Shown piece by piece: positions 9,472-17,094 of a DNA stretch of 45,906 bases. Where the stretch lies: IMG/VR virus record IMGVR_UViG_3300013767_000014, positions 1 to 45,906 of that record, one strand, 5' to 3'. This DNA is from a virus. Its lineage: Duplodnaviria > Caudoviricetes. Position 1 is the first letter of the stretch; each line of letters starts with the position of its first letter. A program made the position numbers and the translations under genes. Below the pieces are notes generated by a model, which worked only from the letters and a program-made list of their open reading frames with translations, did no database searches and was not told the DNA's origin.

Positions 9472-9553
9472 CTCTTGAGAATGCACCCCCTTGGTTTCTA
9501 CATGTTGCCCAGGTCAACAGCTCTCTCGACCAGGGTGGATGCATTCTCAAGAG
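9472..9553. repeat. Long inverted repeat / hairpin
   Basis: CTCTTGAGAATGCA (9472-9485) pairs perfectly with TGCATTCTCAAGAG (9540-9553) and extends imperfectly to about 25 bp. Confidence 0.8.
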
Positions 9554-9885
9554 TCAAAAAAGCTCGGCCCGGAAAAACTCAAATCAAAACCCGGATCGTA
9601 ATTTCTCAAAATTATTCCAGCTATCCAGGCAAATTTTTGGATTCTGGAAAAACCTCTGAAATCTCATCCCAGTTAAGTGCCCACTTACAAAATCTCTATC
9701 TACTGGTCGATAGACCGCCTATCTACTAGTCAGTAGACGATGTCTATCTACACATAGAGAGACTGCAGCTAGCAGGGAGCGCCTCAAGGATACCGCTAGA
9801 ACGCGTCAGAACGCCACAGGAGCTCATAACGTGCTCTGGGTGGTGCTCTGGTACCTAAAACGCCTAGCGTGGCTCCTGTGGGCCT

Positions 9886-10059
9886 CTATGCGTGCCTGTA
9901 TCGGTTTGCTTTGTATGCCCTGGTTTCTCGAATCTTGTATTGACTGGGGTTATTCTGCTTCGCTATCCATGCACGGCACTGGGCAAAGTTTCCCTGATAC
10001 ACAGCCACGCGCATACCCTTTGCACCACCGATACACAGATGGACGATGTGCGAGATCAT
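9886..10059 (-). CDS. Early hypothetical protein (57 aa)
   Basis: RBS GGAGG before ATG at 10059: MISHIVHLCIGGAKG... Confidence 0.55.
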   Translation of the reverse strand: MISHIVHLCIGGAKGMRVAVYQGNFAQCRAWIAKQNNPSQYKIRETRAYKANRYRHA

Positions 10060-10164
10060 AGGCCATGCCTCCGGACGAAAACCGCCACGGAACAGCATGC
10101 GCCAGGGATAGACGTAAGTGTATCTAGGGTTTTCCCCTATGTTCTCCAGGTGAAGCCACAAACG

Positions 10165-10194
10165 ACAAAACCCTAGCTATGAGTGCCAGGGTTC
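10165..10194 (-). terminator. Rho-independent terminator
   Basis: AACCCTGGC...GCTAGGGTT stem followed by TTGTCGTTT on the minus strand. Confidence 0.55.
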
Positions 10195-10215
10195 TGTGTG
10201 TGTGGGTTCTCGCGA

Positions 10216-10395
10216 CTAACTGTGCTTGTGTTGATTCAGCGCTCGTACTGCCTCCTTGTGACCGTTCACGAACAACCAATTAATAGCGTCATCCAGAGTC
10301 TTAAACTCGCGCAGGTCTGCTGACTCCTGATCAGATACCAAAATGCCTTTGGTGCCGGACCAAATGTGCCATTGCTTGAAAATGAAGGGTTTCAT
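10216..10395 (-). CDS. Early hypothetical protein (59 aa)
   Basis: RBS ACAGGAG before ATG at 10395: MKPFIFKQWHIWSG... Confidence 0.7.
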   Translation of the reverse strand: MKPFIFKQWHIWSGTKGILVSDQESADLREFKTLDDAINWLFVNGHKEAVRALNQHKHS

Positions 10396-10465
10396 GTTGT
10401 TTTCTCCTGTGGTGACATCAGAAACCAATATGCCCAGTGTGCTAGGCACATCAGTTTCTGAGATA

Positions 10466-11230
10466 TCACGCCGCTAGGGTTTCAATCAATCGTTGTTGTT
10501 TCTCGAAACGTGCTTTCATAGAGCCATGCACGATAATCACGGGCGATGCTTTGTTAGAACCCCTATCGTCTGAGCCATCGCAGGCACCGCAGAAATTACA
10601 GTTTGTGCGCTTGCCTCCTTCGTCTGATGCCGGGCATACAAACTCACCCTTTGTAAGCTCTTCGCTTTCACTACGGACACGGAAGTAACGCAGATCCATA
10701 TCACGAGCCTTAAGCGCTTCGCTTTCATTGTCTACGCTGGCCATGCATAGGCGCGTGATCGCATGGCGCTGTGCCATGGACAACCCTTCGTTGTACCATT
10801 GGTGAGTGTAGCCAGTCGAGCCAGAAGCGCGTGAAACGAGATCGACCCAGACGCTAGCGGGAACAGCCATGGGATCGCCATACGAACCCAAGCGAACCAT
10901 ACGCCCACGGATTACCTTAGAGACATGCGCGGGCGATGCATCAGGGTACTTGTTCGCCTTGTAAGACTTCCATACTACGTTAGGGCCTTGAAAGACTCGC
11001 ACATAGCAGGCACCACCTAGAATCGGCCTGTGCTTACAGTCGCCACAAATCGAGACATCGTCTCCTGTCTTAGTGGCTTCAATGGGGTTAATGTCATCCC
11101 TTAGGATGTACGTTTGCACCATGTTTCCTGTTTTCTCGTTCTTGGACGATACGACAGCAACAACGACAATCGGTGCATTGTCGAGGAGTGATGCACCACG
11201 GTAGATAACAAAGCCGGTAGGTTGTGCCAT
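10466..11230 (-). CDS. Cys-rich phage protein, probably Fe-S / radical-SAM-like (gp88-like)
   Basis: NEKTG, CGDC...CY, RLGSYGDP, GYTHQW, MASVD and CPA...CNFCGAC motifs. Confidence 0.7.
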   Translation of the reverse strand: MAQPTGFVIYRGASLLDNAPIVVVAVVSSKNEKTGNMVQTYILRDDINPIEATKTGDDVSICGDCKHRPILGGACYVRVFQGPNVVWKSYKANKYPDASPAHVSKVIRGRMVRLGSYGDPMAVPASVWVDLVSRASGSTGYTHQWYNEGLSMAQRHAITRLCMASVDNESEALKARDMDLRYFRVRSESEELTKGEFVCPASDEGGKRTNCNFCGACDGSDDRGSNKASPVIIVHGSMKARFEKQQRLIETLAA

Positions 11231-11232
11231 GC

Positions 11233-11457
11233 TTACCACTCCTCGATCTCTTGATGTTCACCATTCACATAGTCGGCCTGTCCATCCGCAACGGCATAAT
11301 CCGCCAGTGCATCAGATGCCCACATCAGTGTGGGTTCGTAGTAATTACCACCACGAAACGTACCACCAGCACGAATCCTGATAAGCACCAGTGGTGACTT
11401 GTCCAGAATGGTCTGACCGTCCACGATAACTACCTTGATTGTCTTTCGCTTTGCCAT
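11233..11457 (-). CDS. Early hypothetical protein
   Basis: 74-aa ORF tightly packed in the early operon. Confidence 0.65.
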   Translation of the reverse strand: MAKRKTIKVVIVDGQTILDKSPLVLIRIRAGGTFRGGNYYEPTLMWASDALADYAVADGQADYVNGEHQEIEEW

Positions 11458-11462
11458 GATGT

Positions 11463-11567
11463 TTAGAATGCGTGAAACACGAAACGGAAAACGTACGCGT
11501 ACGCGGTGGCAGCGCCCAGGAAAGAACAGATCATAACGATCAGGGTGTCTACAGTTTCGGCTTTCAT
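11463..11567 (-). CDS. Small membrane peptide (34 aa)
   Basis: Manual ORF MKAETVDTLIVMICSFLGAATAYAYVFRFVFHAF with RBS ACAGGAG; first gene after the promoter. Confidence 0.65.
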   Translation of the reverse strand: MKAETVDTLIVMICSFLGAATAYAYVFRFVFHAF

Positions 11568-11596
11568 TTCGTGTGCTCCTGTGTGTGTATGACTCT

Positions 11597-11625
11597 ACTT
11601 TAGGACAGACCTAAAACGATGTCAA
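11597..11625 (-). promoter_or_regulatory. Strong sigma70 early promoter with overlapping operator
   Basis: TTGACA-17 bp-TAAAGT; TAGGACAGACCTA at 11601-11613. Confidence 0.8.
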
Positions 11626-11637
11626 GTAGCACAAGAT

Positions 11638-11672
11638 AAAAAAGCACAAAACCCGCTTGCGCGGGTATGTGT
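11638..11672 (-). terminator. Rho-independent terminator
   Basis: ACCCGC-GCAA-GCGGGT stem followed by TTTGTGCTTTTT. Confidence 0.65.
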
Positions 11673-11689
11673 TGGGTTGTGTTGTACAA

Positions 11690-11935
11690 CTAGGGGCGAA
11701 CTGCAATGCAATGATTGCCTTGAAAGATCTGTATCGGTCCATCTGTGATCCCCTCCGGATACTGTCGAACCCAATCGAATGCCTCAGACTCAGTCATAGC
11801 ACGATGGGTGACCCGCTTACCCTCGATACTAAGCACCACACGATACAGCGCACGTTCCTGGAATTCCCGCACGGAAATCATTACTACACCCAGAACAGCA
11901 AAGCCAGCGCAAAGGATAGCGGCATCAGTCCACAT
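11690..11935 (-). CDS. Early protein with an N-terminal transmembrane helix (81 aa)
   Basis: RBS GGGGAG; MWTDAAILCAGFAVLGVVMISV... Confidence 0.65.
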   Translation of the reverse strand: MWTDAAILCAGFAVLGVVMISVREFQERALYRVVLSIEGKRVTHRAMTESEAFDWVRQYPEGITDGPIQIFQGNHCIAVRP

Positions 11936-11946
11936 GATGACTCCCC

Positions 11947-12024
11947 TTAGATGTTGAAAGCGTGAACGATAGGACGGGACAGAACCCAACCACCTACACA
12001 GCATGCGATCAGAACAAGTGCCAT
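11947..12024 (-). CDS. Small membrane peptide (25 aa)
   Basis: Manual ORF MALVLIACCVGGWVLSRPIVHAFNI with RBS ACAGGAG; first gene after the promoter. Confidence 0.55.
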   Translation of the reverse strand: MALVLIACCVGGWVLSRPIVHAFNI

Positions 12025-12070
12025 AATTTCTACTCCTGTGTTGTGTTGTGTTGTACAACCTGATGTAAGA

Positions 12071-12099
12071 ACTTTAGGACAGTCCTACAATACTACCAA
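12071..12099 (-). promoter_or_regulatory. Sigma70 early promoter with overlapping operator
   Basis: TTGGTA-17 bp-TAAAGT; perfect palindrome TAGGACAGTCCTA at 12075-12087. Confidence 0.7.
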
Positions 12100-12113
12100 G
12101 CCAGGGGAAACCC

Positions 12114-12353
12114 TTAGAGTGCTGTTTTGATCAGCTGAACTGTGTACGTCCATCCAATCCCCGCTATGACGTCCTCACGATACCTCTTAGCTAGCTCATA
12201 GGCGCTATTAGGTGCCATGGTGACCGATCCGAATCGATTAGGCACATAGAGAGTCTTACCCGACTCTAAGTTAGTCGCTAGCACCATTGCCTGTAGCTTC
12301 GCCTTAGATGGGTTGGCGGACGTGTTGGGAGCTTCGGAGTTCTTTAGAGTCAT
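12114..12353 (-). CDS. Hypothetical protein (79 aa)
   Basis: ORF at the head of the early region; no strong RBS. Confidence 0.45.
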   Translation of the reverse strand: MTLKNSEAPNTSANPSKAKLQAMVLATNLESGKTLYVPNRFGSVTMAPNSAYELAKRYREDVIAGIGWTYTVQLIKTAL

Positions 12354-12573
12354 GAGGAGCTCTTAGAGAGTGTTGAGAGACTTGAGAGAGTTGAGAGAAG
12401 ACTACCAAAGAATAGTAGGAGCTACTAGCTAATCTTTGGTCCGTCTCCCTTTCGAAAAGATCAGAGCTCTACCCGTTTGTAGTTTGTTCTGGTGATATAT
12501 CACGAGCATTCGAGCAGCGCCCAACCACGGACGGCCACACCCTCTAAACGTCCACGGAATCGCCTAGATTCCC

Positions 12574-12623
12574 TTGCATCAGATAGTCACATCTAATGCA
12601 AAGCCTTACGAATCAATGACTTA
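12574..12623. promoter_or_regulatory. 11-6-11 inverted-repeat site plus IHF consensus
   Basis: TTGCATCAGAT-AGTCAC-ATCTAATGCAA (12574-12601); AATCAATGACTTA (12611-12623) fits WATCAANNNNTTR. Confidence 0.55.
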
Positions 12624-12951
12624 GAGCTGATGTGCTCGCATGTCGTGCCTCGTTCCTGGCTCCTGGCTCCTGGCGATGTACCCCCCTTGCCTTGTAAGCG
12701 AGCGTTTCAAAACCTCCGCTAAAGCTCCAGCGTTGTTGTTGTTGTTGAACCTAGTAAGAGAGAGTCGTTCCCCCAAGGAATCCTAAGTAATCCCCTCTAG
12801 ATACCAAGAGTAGATCACTTAGGATTTACCTAAGTACCCCCTCCCCCCAGGGCCACCTCTCGGCCCTCAAAGACCCCCACTCGTTTCCCAAAGACCCCCA
12901 CGGGGGGCTAGGGCCTCCTAAGCAGCGCAAGCTGCGTCTCAGCGCTTCCGC

Positions 12952-13659
12952 ATGTCCCTCGAAACTGCAACCTATATCAACCAGCTGGTCCCGGCCAATC
13001 CACCTGGAACTGACCCCCTCGCCAACGCCGCAGATCACCTCCGTCTCATCAAGAGCTGTCTCCAATCGACCTGGCCCAATGTGACCGGAGCGATTACTGC
13101 GACCCAGGAGAACCTTAACAATGGGACTCCTGTGGGTCTCATCGCTATGTGGTCGGGTGGTACCGTCCCTGCAGGCTGGGCCCTGTGTAATGGTCAGACG
13201 GCCATCCGTAGTGACGGTACGGGAACCATTGCGACCCCAGATCTCCGTGATCGTTTCATCGTTGGTAGTGGTTTGTCGTACACCATTGGGAACACTGGTG
13301 GCCTAGCGCTGCAGACTGCAGTCCCCTCTCACACTCACGGTCTCAGTGACCCTGGCCATGTCCATGGAGTCTCTGACCCTGGCCACAGTCATGGTGTGTC
13401 TGACCCTGGTCACAACCACGGTATCTCTGAGGGTTCCTATCCGATCCCCAGCTCCGGTGGATGGTCCCTGCGAAGTGTTGGTGGTAACCGAGACATCGTG
13501 TCGCAGTCGGTCGGTACCGGTATCTCGATTGCAGGTAGTGGTACGAACGTCTCCATCGCTGGTGCTGTCACGGGTCTCTCTGTGCAGGCCTCCGGTACCG
13601 TTGGTGGTGTGGACAATCGTCCCCCGTATTTCGCACTCGCGTACATTATGAAGGTCTAA
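12952..13659 (+). CDS. Short tail fibre / tail-collar-domain protein
   Basis: PVGLIAMWSG..VPAGWALCNG...TPDLRDRFIVG collar motif, HxH repeats, and NRPPYFALAYIMK terminus. Confidence 0.85.
   Translation: MSLETATYINQLVPANPPGTDPLANAADHLRLIKSCLQSTWPNVTGAITATQENLNNGTPVGLIAMWSGGTVPAGWALCNGQTAIRSDGTGTIATPDLRDRFIVGSGLSYTIGNTGGLALQTAVPSHTHGLSDPGHVHGVSDPGHSHGVSDPGHNHGISEGSYPIPSSGGWSLRSVGGNRDIVSQSVGTGISIAGSGTNVSIAGAVTGLSVQASGTVGGVDNRPPYFALAYIMKV
13330..13432 (+). repeat. 27-bp coding tandem repeat (HxHG[VLI]SDPG, about 4 copies)
   Basis: HTHGLSDPG-HVHGVSDPG-HSHGVSDPG-HNHGISEG. Confidence 0.8.
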
Positions 13660-13661
13660 GG

Positions 13662-14207
13662 ATGCCACTCGAGTCCGCCAATTACATCGCCCAGCTCGTC
13701 CCTGCGAACCCTCTGTCGACCGACACTGTCTCCCAGTCCGCCGATCACATCCGTCTCCTGAAGGCTGCAATCCAGAACACGTTCCCCCACCTGGATTCTG
13801 CAGTCACCCTAACGCCTGCCCAGATGAACTACCCGGTGCCTAAGGGTGCCATCATCATGTGGTCGGGTAGCCAGGCCACCATCCCCACAGGCTGGGGAAT
13901 CTGTGATGGCACCAACGGTACCCCAGATCTTCGAGACAAGTTCGTCGTCGGTGCTGGTAATACCTACAGCCCCCTGGCTACCGGTGGTTCTGCTACGACT
14001 GGTATGGCTGGTAGTCACACCCACACCGAGAACACTGCCACAGCTGTCCTGCAGCTCACCACGGGTGCCGTTGCTACCGGTACGGGTACCACGGTGGTCG
14101 AAGGTGTCACTCCTCAGGGCCACTCTCACACGATCAACCAGGTGGGAGACCACAGCCACACCAACCTGCCGCCTTACCTGGCGCTGTGTTTCATTATGAA
14201 GCTATAA
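13662..14207 (+). CDS. Short tail fibre / tail-collar-domain protein (paralog of 12952..13659)
   Basis: Same N-terminus (LE.A.YI.QLVPANP...DH.RL), PKGAIIMWSG, TPDLRDKFVVG, and LPPYLALCFIMK terminus. Confidence 0.85.
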   Translation: MPLESANYIAQLVPANPLSTDTVSQSADHIRLLKAAIQNTFPHLDSAVTLTPAQMNYPVPKGAIIMWSGSQATIPTGWGICDGTNGTPDLRDKFVVGAGNTYSPLATGGSATTGMAGSHTHTENTATAVLQLTTGAVATGTGTTVVEGVTPQGHSHTINQVGDHSHTNLPPYLALCFIMKL

Positions 14208-14220
14208 GTTCCGTAACTGA

Positions 14221-15933
14221 ATGTCGAACCTTCCCTTGCGCAAACTGGGGGGCGTGGGGGTCATCACCGATCAGAACCCATACGACCTCCCTGCTAACGC
14301 CTATTCCGCCTGCAACAACGTCATCTTCTCTGATGATCGTGTCATGCGGGCTCCGGTGTTCAAGCAACTCTTCAACCCCATTCGCTCTACCCTCGCGTAC
14401 AACGCGACTGCCACGACCTATGCAGGTAATCCGAACACGTACTCCTCTGCTGAAGGTGGCAGCTCTAATGCTTCTCGCTTTGTTGGTTCGTACACCGACC
14501 CCACTGCAGGCGAGACCGTATTTGTCGCGGACAACGATGGCACTATCCGTGCCTACCCGAACAATGTGATGGGCTTCCAGACCCCGGCAAGTGGTTACAC
14601 CCCGGTGGTCAATGACAATCCCTGGAGTCACGCTCAGGTCTCTGGTGTCTCGTTCCTGGCTCGCAAGGGGATGCGTCCCTTTGCCCGCAACGTGGCCCAC
14701 GACACAGCCTACAGTGTCATTGGTGGTGACTGGGTGTCTACCGATACCGCTAGCATCGTCAGAGGCTTCATGGGCTTCTGCATCATGCTGGGGATGAACA
14801 AGAACGGTGTCGATTATCCTACGATGGTAAAGTGGAATAATCCTGCTCAGTACTCGTCCACCATCGCCAACATCTTCTGGGATCCGGCGAACCCCAACTA
14901 CGTCTCGGGAGAGAACGTAATCGGTGAGATGAAGACTCCCATCCGTGATGGGCTCGTCCTCGGTAACGCCTTCGTGATCTATAGCCAGGACCAAGTCTGG
15001 CTCATGGAATACCGTGGGGACTCCCAGGTCTTCAACTTCCGTCGCCTACCGTTCACTGGGGGCATCCTCAATGCCAACTGCGTGGTCGAGGTCGACGGTA
15101 AGCACTATGTCTTCGGTGAGAACGACATTTACCTACACGACGGTATCGCCAAGCAGTCCCTAGCTGACCAACGCGTACGTCGACGCATCTACAACACCCT
15201 GGATCGCTCCAAGCAGCAGTCCTGCTTCGTCGTCCATGATGCGGTCTCCAAGCTGATCCATTTCTGCTACGCCACGCTCCAAGAGGAAGCAACGTTTTTC
15301 GGTACCCAGTTCTGTACCCAGAGTGCCATCTACAACTACAAGAATGACACCTGGAGCTTCATGGACCTGCCGAACATCGTCGGTGGTGCATCAGCTCAGG
15401 CAAGCCTGGTGCAGAACCTCTACACGAACCTCACCTCAGGCTATACGCTCTACAACACGTCCTACACCAGTTTCAACTCTGGCAGTCAGAAGATCTCGAT
15501 CATGCTCGGGATCTCAGACACCAGGTTTGGTCTCACGGATTCCAGAGTGTATGCCGTGGATCTCCCGACTATCGGCCTGGTGAACCTCCCGGCGTGTCTC
15601 GAGACCCTCAAGCCTGCCTACGTGGAGCGTATTGGTATCGACATGGATACCCAGGGGCTCCCCCTGCGGAACTACAAGACGATTCAGTCTGTGGTCCCCC
15701 AGGCGTCCTTCGACAACTCGACGGGCTATTTCTCCTGTCAGTTCGGTGCCGCGGATTTGCCTATGGGCTCCGTCAACTACAAACCTCCAATCACCTTTGA
15801 CCCTGCTACGGATTACAAGATGGACATGATGGTGAGCGGTCGGTACTTGGCCTACAAGTTCACGACGCCATCGATCAGCAACTTCGAACTGTCCGGATTT
15901 GATGCAGAAGTCAAATCCCTGTCTCGTCGCTGA
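14221..15933 (+). CDS. Tail nozzle / stabilisation protein (podovirus)
   Basis: 570-aa beta-rich protein with GVITD..PYDLP.NA start and ...SGRYLAYKF...ELSGFDAEV end; lies before the ejection genes. Confidence 0.7.
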   Translation: MSNLPLRKLGGVGVITDQNPYDLPANAYSACNNVIFSDDRVMRAPVFKQLFNPIRSTLAYNATATTYAGNPNTYSSAEGGSSNASRFVGSYTDPTAGETVFVADNDGTIRAYPNNVMGFQTPASGYTPVVNDNPWSHAQVSGVSFLARKGMRPFARNVAHDTAYSVIGGDWVSTDTASIVRGFMGFCIMLGMNKNGVDYPTMVKWNNPAQYSSTIANIFWDPANPNYVSGENVIGEMKTPIRDGLVLGNAFVIYSQDQVWLMEYRGDSQVFNFRRLPFTGGILNANCVVEVDGKHYVFGENDIYLHDGIAKQSLADQRVRRRIYNTLDRSKQQSCFVVHDAVSKLIHFCYATLQEEATFFGTQFCTQSAIYNYKNDTWSFMDLPNIVGGASAQASLVQNLYTNLTSGYTLYNTSYTSFNSGSQKISIMLGISDTRFGLTDSRVYAVDLPTIGLVNLPACLETLKPAYVERIGIDMDTQGLPLRNYKTIQSVVPQASFDNSTGYFSCQFGAADLPMGSVNYKPPITFDPATDYKMDMMVSGRYLAYKFTTPSISNFELSGFDAEVKSLSRR

Positions 15934-16091
15934 TGCAATTCACTCATCCCGTACAGAAATACGTCCGATCCACGCAGCCTCCTACCAAGGAGAACCTGCC
16001 GTCCTATCTCGAAGAAGAACTGAAAAAGATCGAGAAGGTGCTGGCCTCCATCTATGGAGCGCTCCAGAACATCGCGACGCACGTACCCTAA
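15933..16091 (+). CDS. Small virion-module protein (52 aa)
   Basis: Manual ORF MQFTHPVQKYVRSTQPPTKENLPSYLEEELKKIE... overlapping the upstream stop (TGATG). Confidence 0.7.
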   Translation: MQFTHPVQKYVRSTQPPTKENLPSYLEEELKKIEKVLASIYGALQNIATHVP

Positions 16092-16106
16092 TTTTCCCTC
16101 GAGAGT

Positions 16107-16646
16107 ATGAAAAACTTCCTGCAGATTGCTGGGGGGCTGGACATTACGCCAGCTCTCCTGGCCATCACTCGTCGTGCCCTTTGGAAAGAGGACACGTTCC
16201 TACGCAACTACCCTCAAGGCCCCTTCGGGGACGTTGAGTCCATCATCTGCCGCTTCCCCAGCAAAGAGCTCATCGAAGCTGGTGGCGATCAGCACGAGAA
16301 CTTCGACCAGCCTGTCTACCAGCTGCTGCCAGAGGTCCGTCACATCGTCATGGGTCTCATGGCCCGGGTAAGTGGTGAACGACTTGGCCGAGTCATTCTC
16401 AACAAGATTCGCCCCGGTGGTGTCATCACACCTCACAAAGACACGTCGCCGCACTGTGATTACTGGGACCGCTTCCATGTGGTCCTGCAGAGTGCCCCAG
16501 GTGTTGTCTTTCGTGCCGAAGATGAACAGGTCTACATGGCGACCGGTGATACGTGGTGGTTCCAGAACGCAGTCGAGCACGAAGTCATCAACAACTCCCC
16601 GATTGACCGTATCCACCTGGTCATCGACATCAAGACCTCGCAATGA
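16107..16646 (+). CDS. 2OG-Fe(II) oxygenase, aspartyl/asparaginyl beta-hydroxylase family
   Basis: LGRVILNKIRPGGVITPHKD (HxD), RFHVVL, and WWFQNAVEHEVINNS..DRIHLVID motifs. Confidence 0.88.
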   Translation: MKNFLQIAGGLDITPALLAITRRALWKEDTFLRNYPQGPFGDVESIICRFPSKELIEAGGDQHENFDQPVYQLLPEVRHIVMGLMARVSGERLGRVILNKIRPGGVITPHKDTSPHCDYWDRFHVVLQSAPGVVFRAEDEQVYMATGDTWWFQNAVEHEVINNSPIDRIHLVIDIKTSQ

Positions 16647-17092
16647 TCACCTATCAGGTAGAGACATGGCAGGCGGTTGTCGATGAAATGAAAAGCCTCT
16701 GGCCCGCACACTGGGCCGAGGTCGGGATGGATCACGACGCCATTGTTCTCGCACCTGATTACGGACTGTATGAGTACTACCAGAATTCTGGGTCACTTCA
16801 TCTGGTCACGGTGCGTGAGAACGGTGCAATCGTGGGCTACCACATTTCCATCGTCCGTCCGCATCTGCACTACGCAAACGATCTCCACGGCTTCAACGAC
16901 GTCTATTACATCAACCCTGCGCAACGCAAAGGTTGGGTAGGGATTCGTCTCATGAAGTTCGCGGAACAGACCCTCAAGAAACGAGGCGTCAAGAAGATCA
17001 TCGTCGCAACGAAGCTGCACTTGGACATGGGGAAGATCTTTACCCATCTCGGATACCGTGAAACCGAGAGGGTATTCACCAAGGTACTTTAA
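16643..17092 (+). CDS. GNAT-fold acetyltransferase-like protein
   Basis: DVYYINPAQRKGWVGIRLMKFAEQTLKKRG acetyl-CoA motif A and LGY motif. Confidence 0.82.
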   Translation: MITYQVETWQAVVDEMKSLWPAHWAEVGMDHDAIVLAPDYGLYEYYQNSGSLHLVTVRENGAIVGYHISIVRPHLHYANDLHGFNDVYYINPAQRKGWVGIRLMKFAEQTLKKRGVKKIIVATKLHLDMGKIFTHLGYRETERVFTKVL

Positions 17093-17094
17093 TT

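Noticed and set aside
9438-9729. Short plus-strand ORFs in the intergenic region
   Set aside because: Atypical composition, no recognisable motifs, and they overlap inverted repeats; more likely non-coding.
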